A DNA stretch of 64,000 bases from the NCBI GenBank assembly GCA_002069965.1, contig MWCI01000007.1, positions 873 to 64,872 of the forward strand, written 5' to 3'. The notes under the pieces are model-generated. The model made no database searches. It had not been told where the DNA came from and saw only the letters and a program-made list of their open reading frames with translations. The position numbers and the translations under genes are program-made. Source of the DNA: Spirochaetes bacterium ADurb.Bin218. GTDB lineage: Bacteria > Spirochaetota > UBA4802 > UBA5550. This document shows, piece after piece, positions 8,913 through 17,963 of the stretch (its first letter is position 1; each line of letters opens with the position of its first letter).

Positions 8913-10633
8913 GCAACCCCTCCTCTCTTTACAACATCTCTATCCCACAACCCCTTGACTCTGAGATCCTCAATTATTCCAAGAGCTCTTGTTTTTAATT
9001 CCATGAGATCTACCTTTGCAACTCTATTTAAAGGCATGCCTCCAGGTTCCAGGATAACCACATGGGAAGGTCTTGAATAAGAGGATATATCAAGACAGGC
9101 ATCCATAACCTCCTGAGCTGTAAGCTCAACCCCTGGATATGGTTCCACAAAGGCAATAATTGCCTCAATGTATATATCATGGGGTGCACCAATACATGCA
9201 ACATTTGCAACTTTATCTGCAAGCTTTGCAGATATATGATTGTTAACATCCTGAGGATATACCTGATAGCCCTTTGGCTTTATAACAAATTTGGCTCTTC
9301 CTGCAAAATGCAACCCATCGCCATCATAACTGCCTATATCACCTGTATAGCATATACCATCCTTCGATATAGCACGGGCAGTGTTTTCAGGATCATCATA
9401 ATATCCAAGAAAAACCTGAGGCCCAGAAAAGCAGATCTCTCCAATCTGACCCGAAGGTAATTCCTCACCAGCAGTTCCATCACTTTTCATAGGTGCTCTA
9501 ATTGAAAGAGGAGTCACTGCCATGGAATATCCTATGCTTCTTGCAATCTCCTCAACAGTGGCATCAGGATCTGTATAGGTGCAAAAGCCAGCTGTTTCTG
9601 TAAGTCCAAGTCCGGTTCCAATTTTTGGAGCCATTTCCTTCATCTTTTTCAAAAATTCAGCAGAGACCTCCTGACCACCATAGATAATAAATCTCAAAGA
9701 GGAGAGATCATATTTATTATAATCTGGGAGATTCCATTCAAGATTAAAAAGCGCAGGGATCTGGCCAATAACAGTTACCTTATGCTGCTGGATTGCATTG
9801 AGGCTCTTTTCAGCATTGAATACATGCAATATAACAGAGGTCCCTCCTGCAAAAATAGTAGTTGCCAGTTGCTCTGTAATACACCCAACATGAGATGGCG
9901 GTAGATTTACAAGCATCACATCCTCGTCATTCATATCAAAACCAGCATAGAGCCCAACATTTTGAATTAAAATATTTTCATGACACAACATTGCAGGTTT
10001 TGGAGAACCTGTAGAACCAGTGGTAAAAATTATCAGGCAGGGATCTCTTCTTTGTACTAAATCCCTTGCTCTTTCAACGCTTTTTGTAAATCTGCTTTTT
10101 ATAAATTGCCACTTGATATCACTGGCAAATTTTGTTATGCCAATGGCGCCATCAATTATCTCATCCTCCTCTTTCTGAAATTGAACCCAGTGTTTTACAA
10201 AAGAAATATCCTTCATGACCTCACTTACAATTGGCCTGAAATCAGCCACAGGAGTTCTACCAAGAAAAAAATAAGCAGCAGGCTTTATGCGATTAAGGCA
10301 ATATTTAATCTCTTCAGCTTTGAGTCTAAGATCCAGAGGGGCTACTATAATTCCAGTACGATAGCAGGCATAGATAAGATAAATGTGCTCCTTAAGTAAA
10401 GGCAAAGAGGTTGCAACTATATCTCCTTTTTTAAGGCCAATGGACAAAAGCTTTGCAGCAAAGGCCTCAATGGCTTTATTAAAAGCCTTCCAGGAAATTT
10501 TTTCCCCTGTATCATGTTCAATTATTGCAATACGATCTTTTTTGATATCTGCAAAATTTTCCACGTAATCTGCCATATTGTCAAGAAGCGACATAGACAG
10601 ATTTAAAGCAATTTGTTCCCTTGCATTTTTCAT
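8909..10633 (-). CDS. AMP-forming acyl-CoA synthetase / ligase
   Basis: IIFTTGSTGSPKPAM is the AMP-binding P-loop. LGLTETAG, YTGDIG and FVIKPKGYQV are also present. Confidence 0.9.
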   Translation of the reverse strand: MKNAREQIALNLSMSLLDNMADYVENFADIKKDRIAIIEHDTGEKISWKAFNKAIEAFAAKLLSIGLKKGDIVATSLPLLKEHIYLIYACYRTGIIVAPLDLRLKAEEIKYCLNRIKPAAYFFLGRTPVADFRPIVSEVMKDISFVKHWVQFQKEEDEIIDGAIGITKFASDIKWQFIKSRFTKSVERARDLVQRRDPCLIIFTTGSTGSPKPAMLCHENILIQNVGLYAGFDMNDEDVMLVNLPPSHVGCITEQLATTIFAGGTSVILHVFNAEKSLNAIQQHKVTVIGQIPALFNLEWNLPDYNKYDLSSLRFIIYGGQEVSAEFLKKMKEMAPKIGTGLGLTETAGFCTYTDPDATVEEIARSIGYSMAVTPLSIRAPMKSDGTAGEELPSGQIGEICFSGPQVFLGYYDDPENTARAISKDGICYTGDIGSYDGDGLHFAGRAKFVIKPKGYQVYPQDVNNHISAKLADKVANVACIGAPHDIYIEAIIAFVEPYPGVELTAQEVMDACLDISSYSRPSHVVILEPGGMPLNRVAKVDLMELKTRALGIIEDLRVKGLWDRDVVKRGGVA

Positions 10634-10714
10634 ATCCCCCTCCTTTTTTAAAATTAAACACTAATAATTATATGTTTAATTTATTACAGGAGAGGGATTT
10701 TTCAAAAAATTTTT

Positions 10715-11503
10715 TTATTTAGCAGCCATGCCACCATCAAGAGGTATAACTGCACCAGTCATATAATCAGAAGCCTTAGATGCTAAAAAAACAGCCAGGC
10801 CCTTTATGTCATCAATCTCCCCTGCTTTTTTTAGTGGAATTACAGAGAGCATTGCATTAAGCATATTTTCCATACCTGGCTTAAATACATAGCCCATCAT
10901 ATCTGTATGGAAAAATCCTGGGGCAATGCAATTTACATATATTTTATGATCAGCAAGCTTAACAGCTAAATTTTTTGTCAGCACCTCAATTGCGGCCTTT
11001 GAGGAATTATAAGCAACTGCCGGATGAGCGATCTCAAGGGAGCCCCTTGAACCAAAAATCGATGATATGTTAATAATCTTTCCACCACCCTGCTCTTTCA
11101 TAATACGGGCAACCTTTTGTGTTAAAATCCACACTCCCCTTACATTGACATTAAAGATCTTGTCCCATCCCTCAAGAGGATAATCCAAGGTAGGTGCACC
11201 CCATGTTACACCTGCATTGTTTACAAGGATATCAATCCTGCCAAACCTTGCCATGGCCTCATCAACTAATTTTTCAACATCCTCTTTAACAGCAAGATCG
11301 CATTTAACTGCAAGATAATTGATCCCATTCTCATCAGCAAGCCTCTTGCCAACCTCTTCACAGTTTTCAACCTTACGGGAAGCAAGGACAAGATCTGCAC
11401 CAGCCTCAGCAAGACCTGTTGATATGAACTCACCAATACCACGGCCACCGCCAGTTACAATGGCAACTTTGCCTTTAAGGCTAAACATTTCATTTACTTT
11501 CAT
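10715..11503 (-). CDS. Short-chain dehydrogenase/reductase (SDR)
   Basis: VAIVTGGGRGIG is the cofactor-binding motif, with NNAG and the YNSSK catalytic motif. I moved the start to the internal ATG at 11503, preceded by GGAGTTATACA. The ORF-track N-extension has no Shine-Dalgarno. Confidence 0.85.
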   Translation of the reverse strand: MKVNEMFSLKGKVAIVTGGGRGIGEFISTGLAEAGADLVLASRKVENCEEVGKRLADENGINYLAVKCDLAVKEDVEKLVDEAMARFGRIDILVNNAGVTWGAPTLDYPLEGWDKIFNVNVRGVWILTQKVARIMKEQGGGKIINISSIFGSRGSLEIAHPAVAYNSSKAAIEVLTKNLAVKLADHKIYVNCIAPGFFHTDMMGYVFKPGMENMLNAMLSVIPLKKAGEIDDIKGLAVFLASKASDYMTGAVIPLDGGMAAK

Positions 11504-11647
11504 TGTATAACTCCTATTTAAATTTACCGGCACTGAGGTTGCCCAAAACACTTAGCTATTTTGAACACCCCATCTGTCTTGATTTAAAAGTTGCCATAGC
11601 TAAAGTCAAACTGTTTTCTAAATAAAAGTTCTGCTTTTGATAGTTTT

Positions 11648-11679
11648 CCATGAAATAACTTTTTTCTTGCTTTATTTTC
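11648..11679 (+). repeat. Direct repeat copy 1 (32 nt) flanking the DUF4160/DUF2442 cassette
   Basis: CCATGAAATAACTTTTTTCTTGCTTTATTTTC matches 31 of 32 nt of 12327-12358. Confidence 0.9.
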
Positions 11680-11752
11680 AACAGTAAATTTTAGTTTACT
11701 TATTGAGTTATAAAGTATAACTTTAATACAAATTTTATTAGCAGGAGTAGCA

Positions 11753-12013
11753 ATGCCAGAGATAAGTAGATTTTATGGCATAATTGTGAGAATGTTTACA
11801 GATGATCATGTACCACCGCACTTTCATGCTTTCTATAATGAATTTGAAATTCTCATGGATATTGAAGACTTCAGAATTCTTGCGGGAAATTTTCCACCAA
11901 AAGCTCTTGCACTGACAATTGAATGGGCAGCTATTCATCAATCAGAATTATTGAAAAACTGGGAACTTGCATGCAACAAAAAACCCACTTTTAAAATTGA
12001 TCCACTTATATAG
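11753..12013 (+). CDS. DUF4160 domain protein
   Basis: MPEISRFYGIIVRMFTDDHVPPHFHAFY is the characteristic DUF4160 N-terminus. AGCAGGAGTAGCA lies upstream. Confidence 0.85.
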   Translation: MPEISRFYGIIVRMFTDDHVPPHFHAFYNEFEILMDIEDFRILAGNFPPKALALTIEWAAIHQSELLKNWELACNKKPTFKIDPLI

Positions 12014-12021
12014 GAGGGCTT

Positions 12022-12306
12022 ATGTATTTTAATGTTGTTGAGGCTCTTTACATTGAAGAATACAAAATCAATTTAAAATTTGAAAACGGGAAAACAGGGG
12101 TTGTTAATCTTGCTGAATATATTTTGCAAGGAGAGATATTTCAACCATTACAATCTCTGGAAAATTTCAAAAATTTTACTGTAACTTATGGAACACTTAC
12201 ATGGAATAATGGAGAGATTGATATTGCACCGGAAACTCTATATGAAAAAGCTACAGCAGAAAAAATTATTTTTGATGAGGCTCCTCAAAAAGTGGCTACC
12301 CTTTGA
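12022..12306 (+). CDS. DUF2442 domain protein
   Basis: Y.I.LKFENGKTGVVNL....GEIFQPL....F..F......LTWNNGEIDIAPETLY fits the DUF2442 pattern. It starts 8 nt after DUF4160, with AGGAGGG upstream. Confidence 0.8.
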   Translation: MYFNVVEALYIEEYKINLKFENGKTGVVNLAEYILQGEIFQPLQSLENFKNFTVTYGTLTWNNGEIDIAPETLYEKATAEKIIFDEAPQKVATL

Positions 12307-12326
12307 TTAATCCCAATAAAGACTTC

Positions 12327-12358
12327 CCATGATATAACTTTTTTCTTGCTTTATTTTC
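12327..12358 (+). repeat. Direct repeat copy 2 (32 nt)
   Basis: CCATGATATAACTTTTTTCTTGCTTTATTTTC. It contains TTGCTT followed 17 nt later by TAATCT, a promoter-like pair, upstream of the NUDIX gene. Confidence 0.9.
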
Positions 12359-12403
12359 TAATTTAAGATAATCTGTGATTACCTACATCATTGAGGGAGA
12401 ATT

Positions 12404-12817
12404 ATGAGCCAAAATTTTAGAAATCCAGTCCCAACAGTTGATATAATAATAGAAACAGAAGGTGCAAGCAAAAGAGGTATTGTTTTAATAAAGAGAAAAA
12501 ATCCTCCCTATGGATGGGCAATACCTGGCGGATTTGTAGATTATGGGGAAACCTTAGAGGATGCAGCAAAGCGAGAGGCCTTTGAGGAAACAGGGCTTAC
12601 AGTGGAACTTGTGCGTCAATTCCACACCTACTCAGATCCATCTCGGGATCCAAGACAACATACCATATCAACAGTCTTTATTGCCAAAGCAAAGGGAGAG
12701 CCAAAAGGAATGGATGATGCAATGGAGGCTAAGATATTCAGGTTTGATGAAATACCTCAAGATATGGCCTTTGATCACAGAAAAATTCTTGAAGATTATT
12801 TTACAGCAAAGTATTAA
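12404..12817 (+). CDS. NUDIX hydrolase
   Basis: [24 protein letters not shown] is the Nudix box. GAGGGAGAATT lies upstream. Confidence 0.9.
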   Translation: MSQNFRNPVPTVDIIIETEGASKRGIVLIKRKNPPYGWAIPGGFVDYGETLEDAAKREAFEETGLTVELVRQFHTYSDPSRDPRQHTISTVFIAKAKGEPKGMDDAMEAKIFRFDEIPQDMAFDHRKILEDYFTAKY

Positions 12818-12839
12818 AGAATTATTTAAGGAGCAACTT

Positions 12840-15014
12840 ATGCCTCTGTCAAAATTTTTAATGAATGCTACAAAGCTCACACTGAATGCTGCCTTTGGCG
12901 CATCTCAGGCTGATATAAGAGTTCACAATATAGAAAACGTTCCAGCAACACATGTCCTTTATGTGGTAAACCATTTTACAAGGATTGAAACCGTTTTCCT
13001 TCCATATATCATACACAAACATACAGGTCAATACTGCCTCTCACTGGCTGACTCTTCATTTTTTAAGGGCAAGTTTGAGACCCTTATGAGAAAGCTTGGT
13101 GCAGTATCTACAAAAGATCCAGATAGAGACAAGGTTCTCTCTAATGCCCTACTTACAGGAAAAATGTCTGTTATAATATATCCAGAAGGCCAGATGGTTA
13201 AGGATAAAAAAATAATAGAAAAAGGCAAATTCCTTGTATACAATGCAGGCATAAGACGACCACCACACTCAGGAGCAGCAAAGATAGCACTGAGGGCTGA
13301 GCTGTTTCGCCAGATAATAAGAAAGCTATACGAAAGTGGGCGAAAAGAGGATCTCAAGGTCTTTATGGATGCCTATGGCATAAAACATGAGGATATGGGA
13401 GGAGTCCTGACTGGTTCCACCTACATAGTCCCTGTTAACATAACATATTATCCCATAAGAGCCAGAAACAATATAATAAAATCTCTCATTGAAAAATTTA
13501 AAGGGGAAGTCACAGGCCGCTTTGCAGAAGAGCTTGAGGTTGAAGGAACAATGCTAACCAAGGGAGTGGACATTGACATAAACTTTGGCAAAGCAATAAA
13601 CATGGCAGAGTATATAAACAAAACAAAAATTGTTAAGAATATTTTTAAATGCAACAAAGAGACTTGCATAGATGATATTGTAAAAAATAAAAAAATAAAA
13701 AAAATAAGCCTGAAGGTTATGAAAAGGTATATGAATGGCATATACAGCATGACCACAGTAAATCATGATCACATATTTGCATACATTCTTGCCAATTATC
13801 CAAAAAATGTCATTCACGACTACGACTTTAAAAACAGAGCATCCCTTGCAATTGAAAGAATAAAGGCTCTTAAAATAACATCATTTCACTCAACCCTCTT
13901 AAACAGAAACAATATAGGAGGAGATGTCTTTCACGAAAAATATAACAGCTTCATGGAAGAGGCAGTGAAGAACAATCTTGTTGAATTAAAAGGTGACACA
14001 ATAATAAGAAACAATGATCTATTCTCCAGGGTATATAATTTCCATCTGATAAGAAAAGATAATTTTGTTGAGGTTTTAAAAAACGAGATAGAGCCTTTGT
14101 ATGAGCTAACAAAAATGCTCAGGCGTATTATGTTTATGCCACCATGGCTTATAAAGATCAAACTGCGCAATACCTTTCTAAGGCTTGATAGAGAGATCTT
14201 CCTTACAGATTACAATAAATTCTACAGAGAAGGAGAGACAAAGCCAAAAAATATAGGCGAACCAGTCTTTCTCCATAGATTTTTCAATAGATATGGGATT
14301 GTTCTTGTCCATGGATACATGGCAGCCCCTGCAGAGATGAAGCAATTGGCAGAGAGATTATATAAAGCAGGATACTCTGTATATATAGTAAGACTCAAAG
14401 GCCATGGGACCTCTCCACGGGATCTCATGGAGGCAAAGTGGCAGGATTGGAACGAGTCTGTAAATAGAGGCTATGTCATTATGAAAAATAGCGTCCGCAA
14501 ATTTGCAATATGCGGTTTTTCAACAGGTGCAGGACTAACACTCCTACAGGCAGAGCAAAAGGGTGAAAAATACAGTGCCCTGATTTCTATAGCGGCACCT
14601 CTAAGACTTCAGGATATTAGAGCCTATCTCTCTGGAGCTGTTAATATATTTAATACCATACTGGAAAAACTAAATCTCAAAAAAAGCACTGTGGATTTTA
14701 TTCCAAACGCTCCAGAAAACCCTGATATAAATTATAGCCGAAATCCTGTTCATGGGATAAACGAACTAAACAAGCTTATGAAAATTGTAGAGCCCAATCT
14801 CTCCTCTATAAAAATCCCATCACTGATCATACAGGCAAAGGGAGACCCTGTGGTAAATCCCAAAAGCGCCATAGAAATTTATAAAGGGATTTCTTCCACA
14901 GATAAAAAATTAGTAATAATTGATGCCAACAGACATGGGATAGTAAGAGGTCATGAGCTTGATCAGGTGGCAGGTGAAATAATATCCTTTCTTAAAAGAA
15001 TCTTTGGAAAATAA
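12840..15014 (+). CDS. Fusion protein: PlsC-type acyltransferase domain plus C-terminal alpha/beta-hydrolase (lysophospholipase/esterase-like)
   Basis: The N-terminal domain has VVNHFTRIE (HX4D-like block, with E) and IIYPEGQMV (block III). The C-terminal domain has VLVHGYMAAP, the GFSTGAG nucleophile elbow, and later KGDPVV and NRHG. I set the start at ATG 12840 after AAGGAG. The longer ORF-track start overlaps the NUDIX gene out of frame. Confidence 0.75.
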   Translation: MPLSKFLMNATKLTLNAAFGASQADIRVHNIENVPATHVLYVVNHFTRIETVFLPYIIHKHTGQYCLSLADSSFFKGKFETLMRKLGAVSTKDPDRDKVLSNALLTGKMSVIIYPEGQMVKDKKIIEKGKFLVYNAGIRRPPHSGAAKIALRAELFRQIIRKLYESGRKEDLKVFMDAYGIKHEDMGGVLTGSTYIVPVNITYYPIRARNNIIKSLIEKFKGEVTGRFAEELEVEGTMLTKGVDIDINFGKAINMAEYINKTKIVKNIFKCNKETCIDDIVKNKKIKKISLKVMKRYMNGIYSMTTVNHDHIFAYILANYPKNVIHDYDFKNRASLAIERIKALKITSFHSTLLNRNNIGGDVFHEKYNSFMEEAVKNNLVELKGDTIIRNNDLFSRVYNFHLIRKDNFVEVLKNEIEPLYELTKMLRRIMFMPPWLIKIKLRNTFLRLDREIFLTDYNKFYREGETKPKNIGEPVFLHRFFNRYGIVLVHGYMAAPAEMKQLAERLYKAGYSVYIVRLKGHGTSPRDLMEAKWQDWNESVNRGYVIMKNSVRKFAICGFSTGAGLTLLQAEQKGEKYSALISIAAPLRLQDIRAYLSGAVNIFNTILEKLNLKKSTVDFIPNAPENPDINYSRNPVHGINELNKLMKIVEPNLSSIKIPSLIIQAKGDPVVNPKSAIEIYKGISSTDKKLVIIDANRHGIVRGHELDQVAGEIISFLKRIFGK

Positions 15015-15222
15015 AAGATGAATCTCCTGCCTAAAATACACTATGGGTAATAGCCCAACCTCTCACTCAAAAAGGGATAAATAAATGAACAAATAAACTA
15101 TTGCCTTCTTTATGTCTATTTATTAAGAATAATCTAAAAATCTTAAATAATAATTAACCAATCAATTAAAATATTGACAAAAAAATGCTCCTCCGAAACA
15201 CTATCCCAAAAGGAGGAAGCAA

Positions 15223-16023
15223 ATGTCCAATCTAAAGAAATATATTTTATCTTTCTTTTTAATCCTTTCAGGTTGCGAATCTGACTATTTTAAATACAGC
15301 ATTCACGAGACAGATAGTCAATATGACGGCCAGAATTACAATATTAAAAACGCTGCAATAATTGAACAAAGCTGCAACAATCCCTCTGAGGATTTTACCT
15401 TCGCAGTTTTAACAGACTCTCACAGCAGTTATGATAAACTTGAAAAGGCTATTAACATTATTAACTCAAATCCAGATGTTAAGTTTGTGTTTCACCTTGG
15501 TGATTTTACAGAAACAGGGCTTCTCTTTCAATATGAGCAGACCGTGAAAAAATTGGAAAAACTTAAAATTCCATTTTTAGTTGTAATAGGAAATCACGAT
15601 ACACTGGGAAATGGAGTTGATATCTTCAGAAATATTTTTGGCAAAACTGATTTTTCATTTACATGCAATGGCGTATTTTTCTTTGTTGGAAATAATAATA
15701 ACTGGGAATCTTCCATTGGTGATGTAGACTATGTTAAAGAAAAACTCTCACAGCACCAAAGCGATAAATTCAGAATTATAGTAGCTCATATCCCAATGGA
15801 TGATGACGACCGATATTCTGATGAAATGCGCCAGGGTTATATTAAACTCTGCGAAGATTATAATGTTGACCTTTCTCTCCACGGCCACAGACACAGGCAC
15901 CAATATAATCCAGCTTTTACAACCAAGACAGCTATGCTTGTAGCTGATGCGATTATTTATAACAGCTTTTATCTTATTCATGTTAAAAGCAGTTCAATAG
16001 AATACGAAAAAATAAATTTTTGA
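15223..16023 (+). CDS. Metallophosphoesterase lipoprotein
   Basis: The signal peptide carries the lipobox LILSGC. DSH, GDFTETG, GNHD and GHRHRH are calcineurin-like phosphoesterase motifs. AAGGAGGAAGC lies upstream. Confidence 0.8.
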   Translation: MSNLKKYILSFFLILSGCESDYFKYSIHETDSQYDGQNYNIKNAAIIEQSCNNPSEDFTFAVLTDSHSSYDKLEKAINIINSNPDVKFVFHLGDFTETGLLFQYEQTVKKLEKLKIPFLVVIGNHDTLGNGVDIFRNIFGKTDFSFTCNGVFFFVGNNNNWESSIGDVDYVKEKLSQHQSDKFRIIVAHIPMDDDDRYSDEMRQGYIKLCEDYNVDLSLHGHRHRHQYNPAFTTKTAMLVADAIIYNSFYLIHVKSSSIEYEKINF

Positions 16024-16032
16024 AGGTGCATC

Positions 16033-16602
16033 ATGAAACGAATCATTGCAACTTTAATTATATTACTTTCATTTATTTCCCTCAAGGCAGAGGATCAAAA
16101 AAGATATATGCCGGACTTTTTTGTATCTCAATTTGCAGGTTATATAGGATTTATCTCTGGGGGCTTAGGCTATCATCTCTCAGAGGAAAAATCAAGTATA
16201 GAATTTCTCTATGGATACGTCCCAGCCTTTGCAGGTGGAATAGAGATCCACATGCTTACAACAAGGATCAATGGAAGGCCCTTTGTGTATAAAAGCAAAA
16301 ATGATTTTTACTTTTATCCATTAAATCTTGCATTTTTTGTAAATTATACCCATGGTCAACAATATAAATTAAAATGGTCATCAAAATATCCAAAGTGGTA
16401 TTATAGACCAACAGCCCTATATAGTGGCGAATCTGTAGGAATGGCTATAAAAAAAGCTTGCAATGAAAGGTCTATTGCAGCTTATGAGATCTATGCTGAT
16501 CTGGTCACGATGAGCGAGTTTTTATATGAATACTCTCAAAATGATTCAGTTACATTTAAAGATATTATAAGCCTTGCCTTTGGAACAAGGATCTACTTCT
16601 AA
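16033..16602 (+). CDS. Secreted, probably outer-membrane beta-barrel-like protein of unknown function
   Basis: It has a signal peptide (LSFISLKA/ED), an aromatic-rich alternating pattern, and a C-terminal ..GTRIYF ending in Phe. Confidence 0.5.
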   Translation: MKRIIATLIILLSFISLKAEDQKRYMPDFFVSQFAGYIGFISGGLGYHLSEEKSSIEFLYGYVPAFAGGIEIHMLTTRINGRPFVYKSKNDFYFYPLNLAFFVNYTHGQQYKLKWSSKYPKWYYRPTALYSGESVGMAIKKACNERSIAAYEIYADLVTMSEFLYEYSQNDSVTFKDIISLAFGTRIYF

Positions 16603-16607
16603 TTTTT

Positions 16608-17963
16608 ATGGAAATGAATAATCATAGCAGAGATTTATCAGAAAAAAAGATTAGCTCCCTACTATGGAGTTATTTTCTTCCTGCCTTTGTGGGAGTTATG
16701 GCCAATGCCCTTTACAATATAGTAGGTCGCATCTTTATTGGGCAGTTTGTTGGCACAGAGGCTCTCTCTGGTCTTACTGTAGTTTTCCCTGTAATGATTA
16801 TAATCATGGGATTTGGAATGTTATTTGGCATAGGGTCTGCTATCTTGATCTCCATTGAACTTGGCAGAGGCAACAGAGAAAAAGCAGAATTTATTCTCGG
16901 AAATGGACTATTCCTTATGATAATCTCTTCTTTGTTCCTCACAATTGCTGGATTTTTTGTTAAGGAAAAGCTCCTTCATTCCTTTGGAGCAACTGAATCT
17001 ACCATACAATATGCCAATGAGTATCTCAACATAATTCTTGCAGGCACAGTCTTTGGTCTCACTGGATTTGCTCTAAACACCTCAATCAGAGCTGAGGGAA
17101 ATGCCCGTATATCAATGAACTCAATGCTTTTAAGCGCAGGTCTTAACGTGGTCTTTGATGCAATTTTTATAATATTGCTAAAGATGGGAGTTAAGGGTGC
17201 AGGACTTGCTGCTGTTATTTCACAGATGATCCTCACATTCTATGTTTTATATCATTTTAGAAGCAAAAATTCTGTAATAAAACTTTATATAAAAAATCTT
17301 ATCCCTGATTTTAAAACATCTATTTTGATAATATCTTCTGGCATGGCTCCCTTTATTATGCAGATAGCCAATAGCTTTGTTCAGGCTCTCTTTAATGCTC
17401 AGCTTATTAAACACGGAGGAGATATAGCTGTAGCAGCAATGGGAGTGATAAATAGTGTTGCCACTCTTATTATAATGTCAATAGTAGCTCTCAATATGGC
17501 TTCTCAGCCAATAATAGGATACAACTTCGGAGCTGGCAAATTTGGAAGAGTCAAAGAAGCATTGACAATTACTGTAAAATACTCCACTGTCATAGGAATA
17601 GTTGCCTTTATTATAATTCAAATATTTCCATATCAAATAATATCAATATTTAATAATAGCAAGGATCTGCTAAACACGGGAACTCCTGGCTTGAGAATAT
17701 TCCTTGCAATGGTTCCCTTTACTGGTTTTCAGATTGTCACAAGTAATTACTTTCAGGCTATTGGCCAGCCACACATAGCTACAGTAATGACAATTATGCG
17801 TCAGGTGGTATTTTTAATTCCTCTGATGATTATTCTTCCGCCTCTTCTTGGGATTACAGGTGTATGGCTAAGCGCACCCATTTCTGATTTTATAAATGCC
17901 ATTGTTGTTTTCTTCTTGCTTCAAAGAGGATTGAGATCTTTAAATACTAAGATTACAGTATAA
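16608..17963 (+). CDS. MATE family efflux transporter
   Basis: About 12 hydrophobic segments. The N-terminus LLWSYFLPAFVGVMANALYNIVGRIFIGQ is typical of NorM/MATE proteins. Confidence 0.85.
   Translation: MEMNNHSRDLSEKKISSLLWSYFLPAFVGVMANALYNIVGRIFIGQFVGTEALSGLTVVFPVMIIIMGFGMLFGIGSAILISIELGRGNREKAEFILGNGLFLMIISSLFLTIAGFFVKEKLLHSFGATESTIQYANEYLNIILAGTVFGLTGFALNTSIRAEGNARISMNSMLLSAGLNVVFDAIFIILLKMGVKGAGLAAVISQMILTFYVLYHFRSKNSVIKLYIKNLIPDFKTSILIISSGMAPFIMQIANSFVQALFNAQLIKHGGDIAVAAMGVINSVATLIIMSIVALNMASQPIIGYNFGAGKFGRVKEALTITVKYSTVIGIVAFIIIQIFPYQIISIFNNSKDLLNTGTPGLRIFLAMVPFTGFQIVTSNYFQAIGQPHIATVMTIMRQVVFLIPLMIILPPLLGITGVWLSAPISDFINAIVVFFLLQRGLRSLNTKITV

Noticed and set aside
12561-12839. The ORF-track 817-aa version of the acyltransferase-hydrolase gene, starting at 12561.
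   Set aside because: The extra 93 codons overlap the well-supported NUDIX gene in another frame and have no ribosome-binding site. ATG 12840, preceded by AAGGAG, is the credible start.
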